This document shows positions 1 through 19,047 of a stretch of DNA of 64,000 nucleotides, piece after piece. The stretch is from Blastocystis sp. Blastoise (lineage: Eukaryota; Protista; Bigyra: Opalinata). Position 1 is the first letter of the stretch; each line of letters starts with the position of its first letter. Location: positions 186,001-250,000 of the forward strand of contig JBBPEB010000028.1 in the NCBI GenBank assembly GCA_039096225.1, read 5' to 3'. The notes beneath the pieces are model-generated. The model was not told where the DNA came from and searched no databases. It worked only from the letters and a program-made list of their open reading frames with translations. The translations under genes were made by a program, and so were the position numbers.

Positions 1-184
1 CAATATTAATAGATTCGAAACGTATTTTTTTCTTCTTTGTTTTTTTTTTTTCATTATCAATATACATTTTTATTTATTTTTATATAGACACAATGATATA
101 CAACAACCAAAAATGATGAATTCAATTCCAAAGAAACGGGAAAGCTTTTGTGATTATATAATGAAATGGATTTTTAACTATTAA
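1..184 (+). CDS. 3' end of an unidentified gene entering the window (exons <1-21 and 88-184)
   Basis: GT-AG intron 22-87 joins NINRFET to HNDIQQPKMMNSIPKKRESFCDYIMKWIFNY-stop. No recognisable homology. Confidence 0.5.
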   Translation, partial: NINRFETYFFLLCFFFFIINIHFYLFLYRHNDIQQPKMMNSIPKKRESFCDYIMKWIFNY

Positions 185-710
185 AAATGAAAATTTTTCA
201 TATATCAATCTTTCATAATACCATTTACATATATAAATATTTACTTTTGTTTTTTCTCTGTTTCTTGTGGGTTTATTTCTAGAATTTGTTAAGTTATATG
301 TTTATTATCAGTTTCATGTTTCTTTTATATATTTTGTAGTACTCTCATATAATTAATGTTTATATTGGCATGATCATCGATCATAAAGCAACATATGTGT
401 AGTAAAAACAATTTCTTTTCTTATTTATTCGATATCATTTGTGAACATCAACGTTTAGATGCTGATCATTACACGAAAATAAGCATTGATACTGATTAAA
501 TGATAAAAAATGTCTTTTTTAAAAAATAAGAAAAAATAGTTTATTTATGATTATGAAAAGGAAATGACGGTCATTATATAAATAATCAGAAAAATCAACT
601 TTTATTATTTTTCATGAAAAAAATCTTGGGAAACAACTTTAGAATTATATATTTGCTGATTAGTTGATTATATATCCTTTATTATTCCATATAAATATTG
701 GATAGAATAG

Positions 711-4043
<3,333 letters not shown>

Positions 4044-5266
4044 TCGTCAACATTGAATGAATAACGATATTCATATTCTTAAATATATGTATATAAATAT
4101 TATATACTATTCTTATTAATTATTCATATATTATTCTTTTAGAATGATTCTAAATGAATTCTTTACACATATTCTTTGAAACACTTTATTTTTCATTACC
4201 TATTTTATATTTTTGATTTCTAATTTATCATCTATATTATTAATAAGTTTTGTTATTACTTTTCTTCTGTAATCAATCCCTTCATATATTTTATTTAAGT
4301 ATTTTTTTTTGTCATGTTTAAACCACTCCTGTCATTCTCTATTGTTGTTCTTATTATGAAATACAAAATAGTATCATATATTCATTCATTTATAAGAATA
4401 ACACTACTTTATCAATGTTTATATGGAAAACATTTTTGAAATCACTTTAAAGACACTAACAATAATATCAAGAAAGTTATTAGAAAGCTACATTTTAAAT
4501 ATTATAAAAATATACAAGTTTATTTATTTATTATTTTGTTCTTTTCTTCTTTTTTTTATTAATTTATTTACTCAATCATATCATGATTAAAATGAAAGTT
4601 ATCCACAAACTAGAATGTTTGTATCCGTGATCATTGATTATCACCTATTCCATTTATTAGGTCATCATAAGTATTGTCATATCAATGAATTTATTGTTCT
4701 AACCATTTGTAATGATAAAAAACATAATATAACACTGAATATCATATGAAAAACATAATTAACTAATAACCATCTCGGCAACTTGCCAAAATGCCATGAA
4801 AACATGATAGGAATATTAATAAAAAAAATAAATCTATATAATCAATGAAATTAGTCTTCTTGTAGCATTTTGATCAATAATCTGAAAATATATTCCTGTT
4901 GGATACAAATATGTATAAATATTAACATTTTGGTTATAAACGACTATTTTATCTGCTTGTTTATCAAGATTATACAAGAGAGAACTATTTTATTAAAAAA
5001 AAAGACAACAATCATAATATTATTTCTTTATATTTCCAGTATCTATAGGCCTTCAAAAGTTGATCTCAAATTGTACAACAACAATATCTTAATGAACTAA
5101 ATTACATTATATATATATAAATTAGTACTCTTTTAATGCAAAACAAAGAATTTTGTTTTCCCGTGGTTTTATATCAGTTTCTACTGATATTTTTTTATAT
5201 AGTTTTTGCAGATTTTGCTTTATTATTTCCGAGTTTGTTTGAAATAAGTTTTTGATTTTTAACACG

Positions 5267-7305
<2,039 letters not shown>

Positions 7306-8623
7306 ATAATGAATTATTGAGAACAAGTATACTTTAAACTATGCATTATTCTGAACATATATATATATATATATCAAAACTAATTCATATTGTCTATTTG
7401 TTATATATTATACTAAATTTCATCATTATATGTATATATATCTTATATTTTATTTCTATACATTCTATTGTTTTTATCCTGTCTTCTCAATACAGACGTG
7501 ACAATGGTCTTGTTAAGTTAATAAATGTTTTTTTTTGTTTGGTTTCTATAATAATCACAAATAGAAAACACAAATATCTATTCCAAACATAAGAATAAAC
7601 ATACAAATTTATTCAATCAAATATGTATATTATTATAATCATATGAATAATCATAATAGTGAATGCTAAAAAAATTATTATAATATTTTTCGGAATACAT
7701 TTTGACTACAAGAAAAAACTAAACAAAATTATAGAATAACTCCATGATATTTACAACCATAAATTCCTATAATCAAAATTGTTTTTATTATAATATATTA
7801 AGTAATATTCTGTAAATAAGCAATACTGTTCTTCGTCTTATTATTTGAGCTATTATGGTATATAACTACTCTTAACATATATATATATATATATATCTTT
7901 CAAACAGCAGATGATAAACAAAATTCATTTCCTTCTTATTATCCTCTTTAAATAAGCCAATTATTTCTGTTGTTACATGCTCCAATCTCGTAATATAACA
8001 AACAATATATATATAATAATCATATTATTAATGAATAAAAATAGATTTTACAAATACTGGTAGATACCTAGAAAATCTATAACGTATTCTATTCATTTCG
8101 TGTATATATTAATTAATATGATGAATATAGATATTTTAACACTATTTTGGAAATAATAACTATAAAAAACATTTATCTTAAAGAAACTCTATTCATTTCT
8201 ATAGTATATACCTAAGACTGTACGGATTATATCTTCGATATTATGAATTATTTTTAAACAACGTTATTTATATACTTATGAAGATTTTAATCAATTAATT
8301 ATAATCATTCATCGATATTAACAACATCATAATTTATGCTTTGAAGCTATATTTATACTCTATTTATTGTTTTCATAATTCTAATCATTATTTATTCTAT
8401 TCATTAAAAGTGTTGAGATATAATGTATTGTTTCTATTAATTATATATATATACTATTGTCTATTCAAAACAAGTATTCATATATAAAATAATTTAAAAA
8501 CATAAATAATAAAAATAAGTTAGCGTAATTATATTAAAAAGAGTAGATACAAAAATAGTTATAATTTATTTAGAAAAGAAATAATATAAAGAGTACTCAT
8601 TAATAATATATATAAATAGTTAT

Positions 8624-10209
8624 TTATTTATCTCTTCCCCAAACTTCATACTCATCGACTTGAAACATATTTGTAGAATTAGAATCACTAGTATTCACAA
8701 ATAATGATGATTTCTGAGGAGTATCAACAGTTGAGAATGAGTGTGACGCGATATTTGAGTTAGTAGTAGTATGACAATCATCATTTATAAATATATCATA
8801 ACCATCGCCAAATATAGGTCCAAGACATGAAAAACAACATATACCACTACCTTCACCATTATGTTTATATTTAGTAGGTGGAATATTATGTTCATTACTT
8901 AAGGTAAACAGAAACTCCTTAGACGAAGGTATGTAATCTATATATAATTAATATTAATTACATAAACAATATATAAATACATACCACCTGAACAATTCCA
9001 ATTTTGATCTGTATATCCTCCAAATATATTAATATGATTATTATGACCGATATGTTTGATTAATACTACTGTTTCTCCTTGATTATCACAATACTTATGG
9101 AATTCAATTGCAGAATAATTATGCTCACTTGCTCTATATAATATAGATAATCTTTATAACAAAATAAAACAAAATATAAATATACCTAAATAATAATTTC
9201 CATTTCCTTTCTTTACTAAGCCAATTAACTAATGGAGTTTCAAAACATTTCTTCTTAAGTATAGTGGAGTTCATAAATACAGTTGCATTTTCATTCATAT
9301 TGGCTCTGGCAGCTTCTTTTCCTTCTTTTCCAAATATGCTAAACATTTCTTTCTCTAATAATTCTTTATCAATCTTTTCATAACTTTCATCATCAATAAA
9401 AATACATTTATTAAGTGCAAAACAGTCAATATAATAAATATATTCATAATTCTTCTTTATAAGCATTTCATTATTCTTTTCATCATAATCTACATATCCA
9501 TAATTATATTCATTAATAATCTTATTCCATAATCCATTCTTCTTCCAATAATCTCTTAATAGTTCATCTTTCTTATCATTTATATAAAGAGTAACATCAT
9601 CACCTTCTTTATATTTCTTAATAATATTTTTTTTGGAATAAACTCTCGTTAATTCTTCAGGAATAGGTAAATTACAATATTCAAATAACCTAATAATTCA
9701 ATTTGATCTTTTAACACTAGTTGATCAACATTAATTGGTTTATTCATCAAAGAATCAATTAATAAAGGAAAAAGTGTTTCATCTCCATGATAATCTAAAT
9801 AAATGCTTCCATCAACAGTTCTTAGATTTTCTTGGGAACATTCATAGATAAAACTACCTACTAAACTATTTGTTATTCTTTTAGGAAGAGAATAAACTGG
9901 ACCATTACTTGTAAGTCGAATATAATCAATTCCATTATCATTATTATTCATAATAGCATCATTTTCATGAACATAAGAAGATTCTTGGATAATTATATGT
10001 GGATCATCACCATTCTTATCATTCATTCCTTCATAATTTCTTACGGATTGCTTTACTAATTCATTTATAGACTCACCTGAATGAATACAGAAACTTATTG
10101 ACTTACTTAAAATACCAACCAAATCACCAATCAGTCTTTCAAAATGAATTACATCCTTCTGAATATCAGCAATCTTTCTAGCATCAAATTCTACACTCTC
10201 TTTCACCAT
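8624..10209 (-). pseudogene. BTB-like/TLDc domain protein with one apparent 1-nt frameshift near 9690 (pseudogene or sequencing error)
   Basis: TLDc motifs WKLLFRASEHNYSAIEFHKYCDNQGETVVLIK, IFGGYTDQNW, GPIFGDGYDIFINDDC, VDEYEVWG. The frame breaks at TTAGGTTATTTGAATATTGT with no intron available. Confidence 0.7.
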
Positions 10210-10423
10210 TCTAAATAATAAAAGAAACAAAATAAAAACAAAAAGAAATTCTTCAAAAGGAAATTTTTTTTTAAATAGAGAAACATCAAATAACTAGTTT
10301 TTAACCAGATTCTTAATAAATGTCAAATTTTATGTATGATTTATAATTATCAAATCAAATAAATGTGTTTTCATTTATATAAACATCAACAATACACATA
10401 TACATGACAAATTAATTATTACT

Positions 10424-11146
10424 TTAAATATTTTTCAATGCATTTCGTCTTTCAACTTCTTTCTTTAAACGTTCTAATGTCAATTTTCCATAGTTAATAT
10501 CCTATACACATTATTATTATCAATAATACTAATATAAATTATATACATAATATCGTTCAGGAAATATTCTTGTTTTTGTTATATCTATAGATAATTAAAT
10601 ACAGAATATATATATATATACTTGATTGAATATCATTTTCTTTTGATTGTTTTCCAAATAATTTCTCTTTATATTCTTCATTTCTTCTTCTTATATCTAT
10701 TAATATCGTTTGATCTTTATCCATTTTATACATCATCTTTTCTTGTTGTTTCTGTTTTGCTTGTAATTCTTTTTGAAGTAAATTATCTGTCATTTCTCTT
10801 TGCTCTTTATTCATTTTTTCTCTTTTTTCTTTCATCTGTAAACGAGATTTTAACTTTCGATCATATTCACTTCTTTTAATTGGATCAATAAGTATATCTT
10901 TTGCTTTTGTTAATGCATCAAATCTTGTAGCTATATTCAAGTATTGTTAAACTCATCTTCTTTTTAATTGATAAAAAAAAAATATAAAAAAACATAAATA
11001 TATATACCTGCTGTAGGATCATCAGGATGTTTATCAGGATGACAAGACATCGCCATCTTCCTGTATGCTTTTGAAATCTCTTTTGTACTCGATGACACAT
11101 CAATACCAAGTAAATCATAATAATCACCAAAATCTTCTTTTGACAT
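10424..11146 (-). CDS. J-domain protein, DNAJC17/Cwc23-like, 4 exons
   Basis: DYYDLLGI...AYRKMAMSCHPDKHPDDP, then ATRFDALTKAKDILIDPIKRSEYDRKL and a coiled coil with REMTDNLLQKE. Confidence 0.8.
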
Positions 11147-11499
11147 TCTTCTTATACTCTATTTTTACTTTTATTCAATTATTCTATATCTCTTTAATCT
11201 ATAGAGAACATCAAATTAGAAATATCTCATATAGTATAAACAACAAAAATGGAAAAGTGTATTGAAATACAATATTTATAATTTATAAGCAATGAAGATA
11301 TATTCAGTAATTATTTGTATTATCTATATACCTTTAGAATCTTATACTAGAATTGATTCTAACAAATTAATATTTTTTTTTTTTTTTAAAATAAAAAAAA
11401 TATTTTCACAAATTATTTCGATTCATCAGCGAGATTTCAATGAAATTCCAAGAAAATTATTATTATTTTAAATTTATTCTTTCGTTTTATATTCTTCAA

Positions 11500-12130
11500 A
11501 TGAAACGTTTTAAAGAGCCAATGGTATTTCATTATACCTTACCCTATATAACAGGACAGAAAAGAAGGTTAATACAGAAGTATAGTCTCAATTGTTTTTC
11601 GAAAATTATTTATTTTTATTATTTTGATTTCTAACATTGACTATCTAGGAAGATGTTAGATGAGAAGATTCATAAATATGACGAAAAGCAAAATGATAAT
11701 ATACAAAAAGAACTAGGTATATTTATATATTTTATTTTTAGATTTATGTATTATTTTACTTTAGAAACTATTAAGAAAGATCAGATTGATTTAAAAGAAG
11801 AAGAAGAAGAACTTCAATATTGTAACGAAATGATACAAACTGAAAAGAATGAAATTCAAAAGATGAACGACTGTTTAAGTACTTTGAAAGATCTACAAGA
11901 TTTCATTAAAGTATATTTATATTTATATTTATATTATTATTTTTATTTTTATTTATATATATTTATATTTATATTTATATTTATTTATATATATTTATAT
12001 TTATATTTATATTTATATTTATATTTATATTTATATTTATATTTATATTTATTTTATTAAATATGCAGGATGCAAAGAAGAATACTACAGCAACAATCAA
12101 CTCAAAAATAAATAGTACAAAAGGAACATA
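11500..12130 (+). CDS. Small coiled-coil hypothetical protein, multi-exon
   Basis: Charged exons (KMLDEKIHKYDEKQND, ETIKKDQIDLKEEEEELQYC) separated by GT-AG introns. No family recognised. Confidence 0.45.
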
Positions 12131-13901
12131 AATATAGTATATTATAATATATATATATTTATGTAGTTCAAGAATTATGTTTTTCAATTTTTTATTTAAT
12201 TCTTTTTTACTTTTATTCTTTTCACTTTTCATTCATATTTCTTTTCTTTTCCTTTTTCATATTATTATAAATATATTCAAGTTTATAAATAGTTTGTTTT
12301 ATATTATTATTTAATATTTTTAATTTGAATTTCATGAATTATGATATATATATATAAATCTGAAATTCAGAATAACATCATTTTCAGTATAAGAATAGCA
12401 AATATTTTATTTTTGAATTTCTTCTCATTAGCTATAGAAATAATATCTAGAATTATGTTGATTAATATACTCATAGAACTAATATTAAGTGAATATCACG
12501 AAATGATTATTTAAAAAAATGTATCTCTTTTTACCACGAAAATAAGATATATATATATCAAAAACGATTTTTAATGATTTTATTATTGCAGAGATTAAGG
12601 TTCTAGTCTGTTTTCCATATATAGTGAGTGTATTTATAAGCTATTTCATAATAACTTATATCATGTTATATAATATAGAAACATATGTGTTTTTATCTCT
12701 TAAAATAAATATACTAAATAATATATATTCATAGCAATCTATATTCTTTTAAATATAAGTAGAAGCACATTTATCTTCAACATATTTTTCATTTACTTAT
12801 AGTAATCTGAATCACCAGAAGTGACAGAACAATAATAATGAGCTATACAAGCAAATCCTTATATATAAATCATTAATATACTAACTTCAAACCCATATTC
12901 AAGACTATTCTATTATATACATATATAATAAAAAACAGCAATTATATATACTAAATAGTATTGATAATAACATATTTATCTTACAAAAGGATATATAGCG
13001 TGTTATTTATTATATTACTCTATGATATGAGACAAATTCGTTATAAACAATATATACTAATAATAATACTATAATCACACATAATATATATTACTATATA
13101 GAAAAGTAGTCTTTATAAAAGAAAGCCATTTCAGACGATGCAGCCATGAATACAGCGCAAAATATAGCAATAGCGATATAAATAAAACAATTAAAGTTTA
13201 TTTTAGAGGTTTCATATATTGCTTCTTTGATATACTTATAAATAAAGAAGCATAGACTAGAGGGTAGTTATATAAAATATAATACATATTATATATATTG
13301 ATCATTGATATGTAACTATAACTCTAAAATACAATATAATGAAAGCACGATTATCAACCTTTAGTGCAATTAAATAACTATCAGCATTATTCATCATAAC
13401 ATTAAATAATTAACTTTACTATAAGCGGCCTTATTCTATTTTTGAATATTTTTTTTTTTTAAAACATTATATTTCATTATATAAGCTTTTACAGTATTCA
13501 CTCACTTCTTTTCTCAGTAAAGAACATTATAACACCTAAATAAAATGACTTATCGGAGATTCATCTTCAAATTGTTTCCTAAATATAGTCCTAAAAAATA
13601 ATTTATATGTTTCCTTTATTTCCAAATTTTGTGTAGCATGTCTGGAATATATTTAAGATCATAAATAAAGATAAATTGTCATACAATCTAATAAATGTTC
13701 TTTTATTCCTTTGAAATAATTTCTTATAATATTACATATTTGCTCATACATCATCATACTTTTAACATACAGTACAAACTAATAATAAATGTTATAAAGT
13801 GTAAAAAAAGTAATAAAAGTATTTCGTGATTATTTTCTTTTTCATAGAGAAACATTTAAAAAAATGCAAAGTTGAACAATTATATGATTTTATAAAGAAA
13901 T

Positions 13902-14346
13902 ATGGAAGAAACAAGCTCAGTAACTGCACAAGGTGATGTTGAAGAGATTGAGAATATAACAACTTTGAATGGTTCTACTAATTCTGTCACATCTGATGAG
14001 TCAGGTTTGAATAATAGTTTTGTTCAAAACAATGATAAGTATGTACCCCCAGATTACATAAAATTAGCACATCTTGAGCAATATATGCAAAATACAGATG
14101 GATTGGATACTACCTCTTCTTTGGATAATCATTTTGTCGAGCAAGAATGTGCTAGAAATTATATACCATTAGATGAAATCTCTCGAGAATATAAATTATC
14201 CTATATATCCTTGTTTTTTAATTAAATTAGGAATATATGCAATTTTTAAAAGACAATGATGCACTTGATGAACATGGAGAGGTATATATTTCATTAAAAT
14301 ATATATATATTATGGGAATATTTTTTTCGGAATCGATGATGATGAT

Positions 14347-14377
<31 letters not shown>

Positions 14378-14472
14378 TACGTTTAATGGTAGATAAACAT
14401 TGTAAATATATTTCACAATTTCTCAAAAGCATTCCTTTTTATTATCAAACCTTCGATAGTTCGTATATAATA

Positions 14473-14530
<58 letters not shown>

Positions 14531-15006
14531 TTATTTATTATTTATAGAAAACCGTGGTTATTTTACTATTTATTACATCCACTCACATTGATGAAACAAG
14601 AAAGAAAAGATTTATATCCCTTATGTGCAAAGGCTATATTATCATGTCAGTCTATATATGGCGGTTTCTCGGGTAGTCAATATGAATATCCTCATGTTAT
14701 GTGTACATATGCGGCGGTGATGACACTCTGTATATTAGGGGACAATGAGGCTTTAAAACAAATAAATAGATATAAAATGTATAATTTATTTCTCTCTCTT
14801 AAACATTCTGATGGATCTTTCTCTGTTCATGAACATGGAGAGAGTGACATTCGAGGTACTTATTGTGTTATTATACTGTGTTCCTTACTGAATATGCTAA
14901 CTCCAGAAATTACCGCGGGAGTTGTCGATTATGTGAAATCGTATATATTGTTATTATATCAATATTTATAACTATTTAATTCTCCTAATAATGTAGAAAT
15001 ATTATA

Positions 15007-15037
<31 letters not shown>

Positions 15038-15966
15038 TACTATCTCTAGATTACGTACCTATGAAGGTGGTTACGCGGGAGAATATGGCGGGGAAGCTCA
15101 CGGGGGATATAATCACTGTGCTATAGCTATTTTAAGAATACTCAAGGAACCTATATATACACCCGAATTAGATGTATATATATATATACTCTATATTGTT
15201 TAAAAATATATGTTTATTTATATATTTATATAACTATTATTGTTGGTATTAGTGAATCAATATATATATATATATATATATATAGATATGGTTATCTTAT
15301 TGTCAGGCGCCATTGGAAGGGGGTTTCGCGGGAAGAATTAATAAGTTGGTGGATGGTTGTTACACGTGGTATCAAGGAGCTGCCTTTGATCTAGTAGCTC
15401 TAGATAGACCCTATAATGTATACTTACATATATATATATAACTTATTTATAATAATGGATTGAATGATTATTTTTTATTATTATTATATTTTGTTATACT
15501 CATTTTATAATATAATATAAATATAATATTTTAGCATTATAATTGAATGAGTTCATTCTTCTTTTTATTATATACATATATATAGCATACTCCATCCTTC
15601 AATACCGCGGGGATCGAGCGTTTCTGTTACAAGGCATGCCAAGAGATAGAGAATAATAGTCCATTTATTCACGGGGGATTACGAGATAAGCCAAGCGTTT
15701 CGATAGACCCCTATCACACGTGCTTTGTAACCAGTGGATTAGCGATCGTTGAGAAAACCAAAGATACGTCTTTATTAGTAATCATATATTATTATTATTA
15801 TTATTATTATGTTTATTATTATGTTTATTATGTTTATTAATAATAATAATAATAATAATAATATCTATAGGAGATTAATGATCCTATATATAATATAACT
15901 GTATCCCAACTGACAAAAGCTCAGTGTATATTTAAGTCCATGCCTTGTCCTCCAGTTCAAATGTAA
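13902..15966 (+). CDS. FNTB: Protein farnesyltransferase beta subunit, multi-exon
   Basis: SKPWLFYYLLHP, GGFSGSQYEYPHVMCTYAAV, GESDIRGTYC, TYEGGYAGEYGGEAHGGYNHC, EGGFAGRINKLVDGCYTWYQG, GGLRDKPSVSIDPYHTCFVTSGL. Confidence 0.93.
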
Positions 15967-16303
15967 ACTATCAATGATATTCATACTTCAGAATATATAT
16001 TAATATAAAATATATATATAATAAACGAAATTTCATGTTAATAATCATTCTTTTGTTTAATCTCTCAACAAAACAACAATATAATATATAATAACTTGGA
16101 TCAATTTGATTATATCAAATATATAATACAGTCAAAAAAAATTAGTATTATAATACCATCTAAAAAAATGAAAAAGGAGAAAAAAATATATATATATAAA
16201 TAACTGTTTTTATTTAATAGAGATATACATTATAAATTAGAAATGAGTTAATAAGATAGATAATAGATATATATATGTATAAGTAATGGATATCAATCGT
16301 ATA

Positions 16304-16567
16304 TTATATATTTCGTTCTGAAAGATGAATATAGAGTGGTGTTGAGCAATAAGGGCACTTTCCAAACAGAGTATCGAAGGACTGCTTTGTAGTTGGGTTA
16401 CCTATATATATATATATATATAATAATGAATACTTTATGTATTATCAAATAATATAATGATATATATATAATAGAGTATATAATGATATACATATAATAA
16501 GAGTATATTATATATATATATACTTTGTAGCCATTCAATTAAACATGTTGAATGGAAACAACGGCCA

Positions 16568-16624
<57 letters not shown>

Positions 16625-18130
16625 CTTTTTCATTTTCACATGTTTTATCAGGTATATATGATTTCCCATTAATATTCAAATTATACCTATACATATATAC
16701 ATATATATATATATAATAATAGTAATAAACATAGAATATTTCTAATAATATATATGATTATATATATATATACGAATAGCAAATAACACATTGAGTATTT
16801 AATGTAATATCTTGCCGTTGAGAAGGAGGGGGGATCGTGAGGGACAAGATACGCTCTAGATTCTCACGAATAGAAAACTGAAGAGACCTATTATAATATA
16901 TATATTAAATAAATTCATTATATATATATATTCATACCATTGGTTTATATTATTAACAAATAAGGATATATATTTCTCAGCTTGTTGTTCTGGACCTGTA
17001 ATACGCCATTCCCCCAATTCCCGCGGGGATAATGGATTAATTGATAAATATATAGAGCACTTCATATCTATATACATATATATATAAATTAAAATGAGTA
17101 GTTATATATATATACCAATCAGAAATCTTCTATAGGTATCTCTGCACGTGGGTTGTGAGGGATCTACAACAATTGTATTATTATCTATATCTTCCATTTC
17201 CCTCCAAAAAGTTGTATATAAAGATATATCCTATATATATATAATAATAATAATAATAAATAATGATTTGAATTCAATAATTGTTTATGTTTATATATAT
17301 AGATATATATATATATACCTTTTCAAATGCTTTATATATATCAAGAAGATGGCATGATGATTTCCAATTAAAATCAAATTTCTTAGGTAAATCCGTTAAT
17401 AATCGCGGGGATTCATTTGGAAATGATGGTGTTAGTAATATCTATATATATATATATTGGTATCATCATTAAATAATAAAATTTATAAACAAATACATAT
17501 ATATATTACTATTATTTATAATAATGATTATTATATCATAATAAATACATACTTCTAAATCATGGCATTTGCCAAGATCATCCGTTGCGAATGTGACAAT
17601 ATGATGCAAAGATAAATCGATATCTTTTAACTTCGTCCAACCCAAACTCTCCAATTCGGACATTAATGTGGTGAAATACGTAGATTGAGGTATCTAAGCA
17701 TATATATATATATACATAAATAATAAGGAGAACAAATTTATACATAAAGAGTGAAGAAATATATTATAGATACTTGTAATTCGTTAGAATTGTCTTGGAA
17801 TTTATCAATAATGAAACCTAGTTCTTTTGAAAAGACTTCTGGAGACCTACATTGCTTTAATCTCTATAAAAAAAAATCATTATTCATTCCAAAAAGCATA
17901 CAGTGAGAAGCAAAACTTCCTGACCGTCTATTATCGATAGTAATGAGTCATTACACCAAATTGATGCGTTTTCAAGGGTTTCTGCACCTTTTAGAATTTG
18001 TAATGAATAAATATAGACGGAATTCTATAATAATGAAAAAGTACATTCATTTATTTACTTCTTTTTTTATGATTCCTTTGTATGATAAATGATCTACATC
18101 TATGGGAAATATTATATTATAATCTAGCAT
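16304..18130 (-). CDS. FANCL: Fanconi anemia E3 ubiquitin ligase FANCL, multi-exon
   Basis: LMSELESLGWTKL, FWREMEDIDNNTIVVDPSQP, INPLSPREL, C-terminal RING (CVICY...CENE.CGRCFHSTCLIEWL...QSFDTLFGKCPYC). Confidence 0.88.
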
Positions 18131-19047
18131 TAATAAAACACATGATAATAAGAAAATTATAACTTTTCGTGCCAATTCACGAAAATTCTAAAAGTTGCCC
18201 CTCAAAATTGAATATTTTTCTCGAATTGATCCTTTTTCAATTTATCCTATATAATATCCTCTGTTGTTATTGAACTCTTATTAATTAATTTAATGTGATT
18301 CTCAGAGCTGTGTGGGCATGACAAAATATTCTCTTTTTTTTTATAGAACTTTTAATTATGACATCCTGTTTATTAGTTTTTGTAGATATTTATGATACCG
18401 ATGTGTCATATTTAAGATATAGAATAAAGTCATTCTGATTATACATAAAGGTAGATATTAGTTTTTTGTTATTTTTCTTTAATTATGTGTATATATTGTG
18501 AATATTTATGAGACATATCACATAAATCAATTCGAATGCAATAGAATGTCGCAAAAGGAGAATACTAATAAAGTGAAAATATAAATTACATACTGTTGAT
18601 TTAGATAAATACATACAAGAATGCATGTGATTAGAATGAATTTTACTGGAAGAGTAATTAAATATTTATAATATTTCTTTATCATTTTAGGCAGAATAAA
18701 TAAGCCATGTGTTGTTCGTAATAATACTATTATGGTTATTCCTGTCTAATTTTTCACTGTTTTTTATGCTATTCTTTGCATGTCATTCAAATAAAAGTAT
18801 ATATACTGATAATCTTGTTAAATATATGTATAATAATTTCAGTTATTCATAATAAATAGTAGTAATGTATTTTCATATAAAATAGAAATAATGTAAAAAA
18901 CTATATTTTATTATACGAATATATATATAAAACAAACCATAATAAATGTACATACATAGAACTATAAGAAATACAAACAATACATAAAAATATATCAATA
19001 TGAAATTGTATTTATAAGTATACATGTATATATATATATATAGTAGT

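Noticed and set aside
16961-16968. ATATCCTT on the - strand in FANCL
   Set aside because: It lies in a continuous exon (AEKYISLFVNNINQW) that fits FANCL and ends at a normal GT donor. There is no branch motif.
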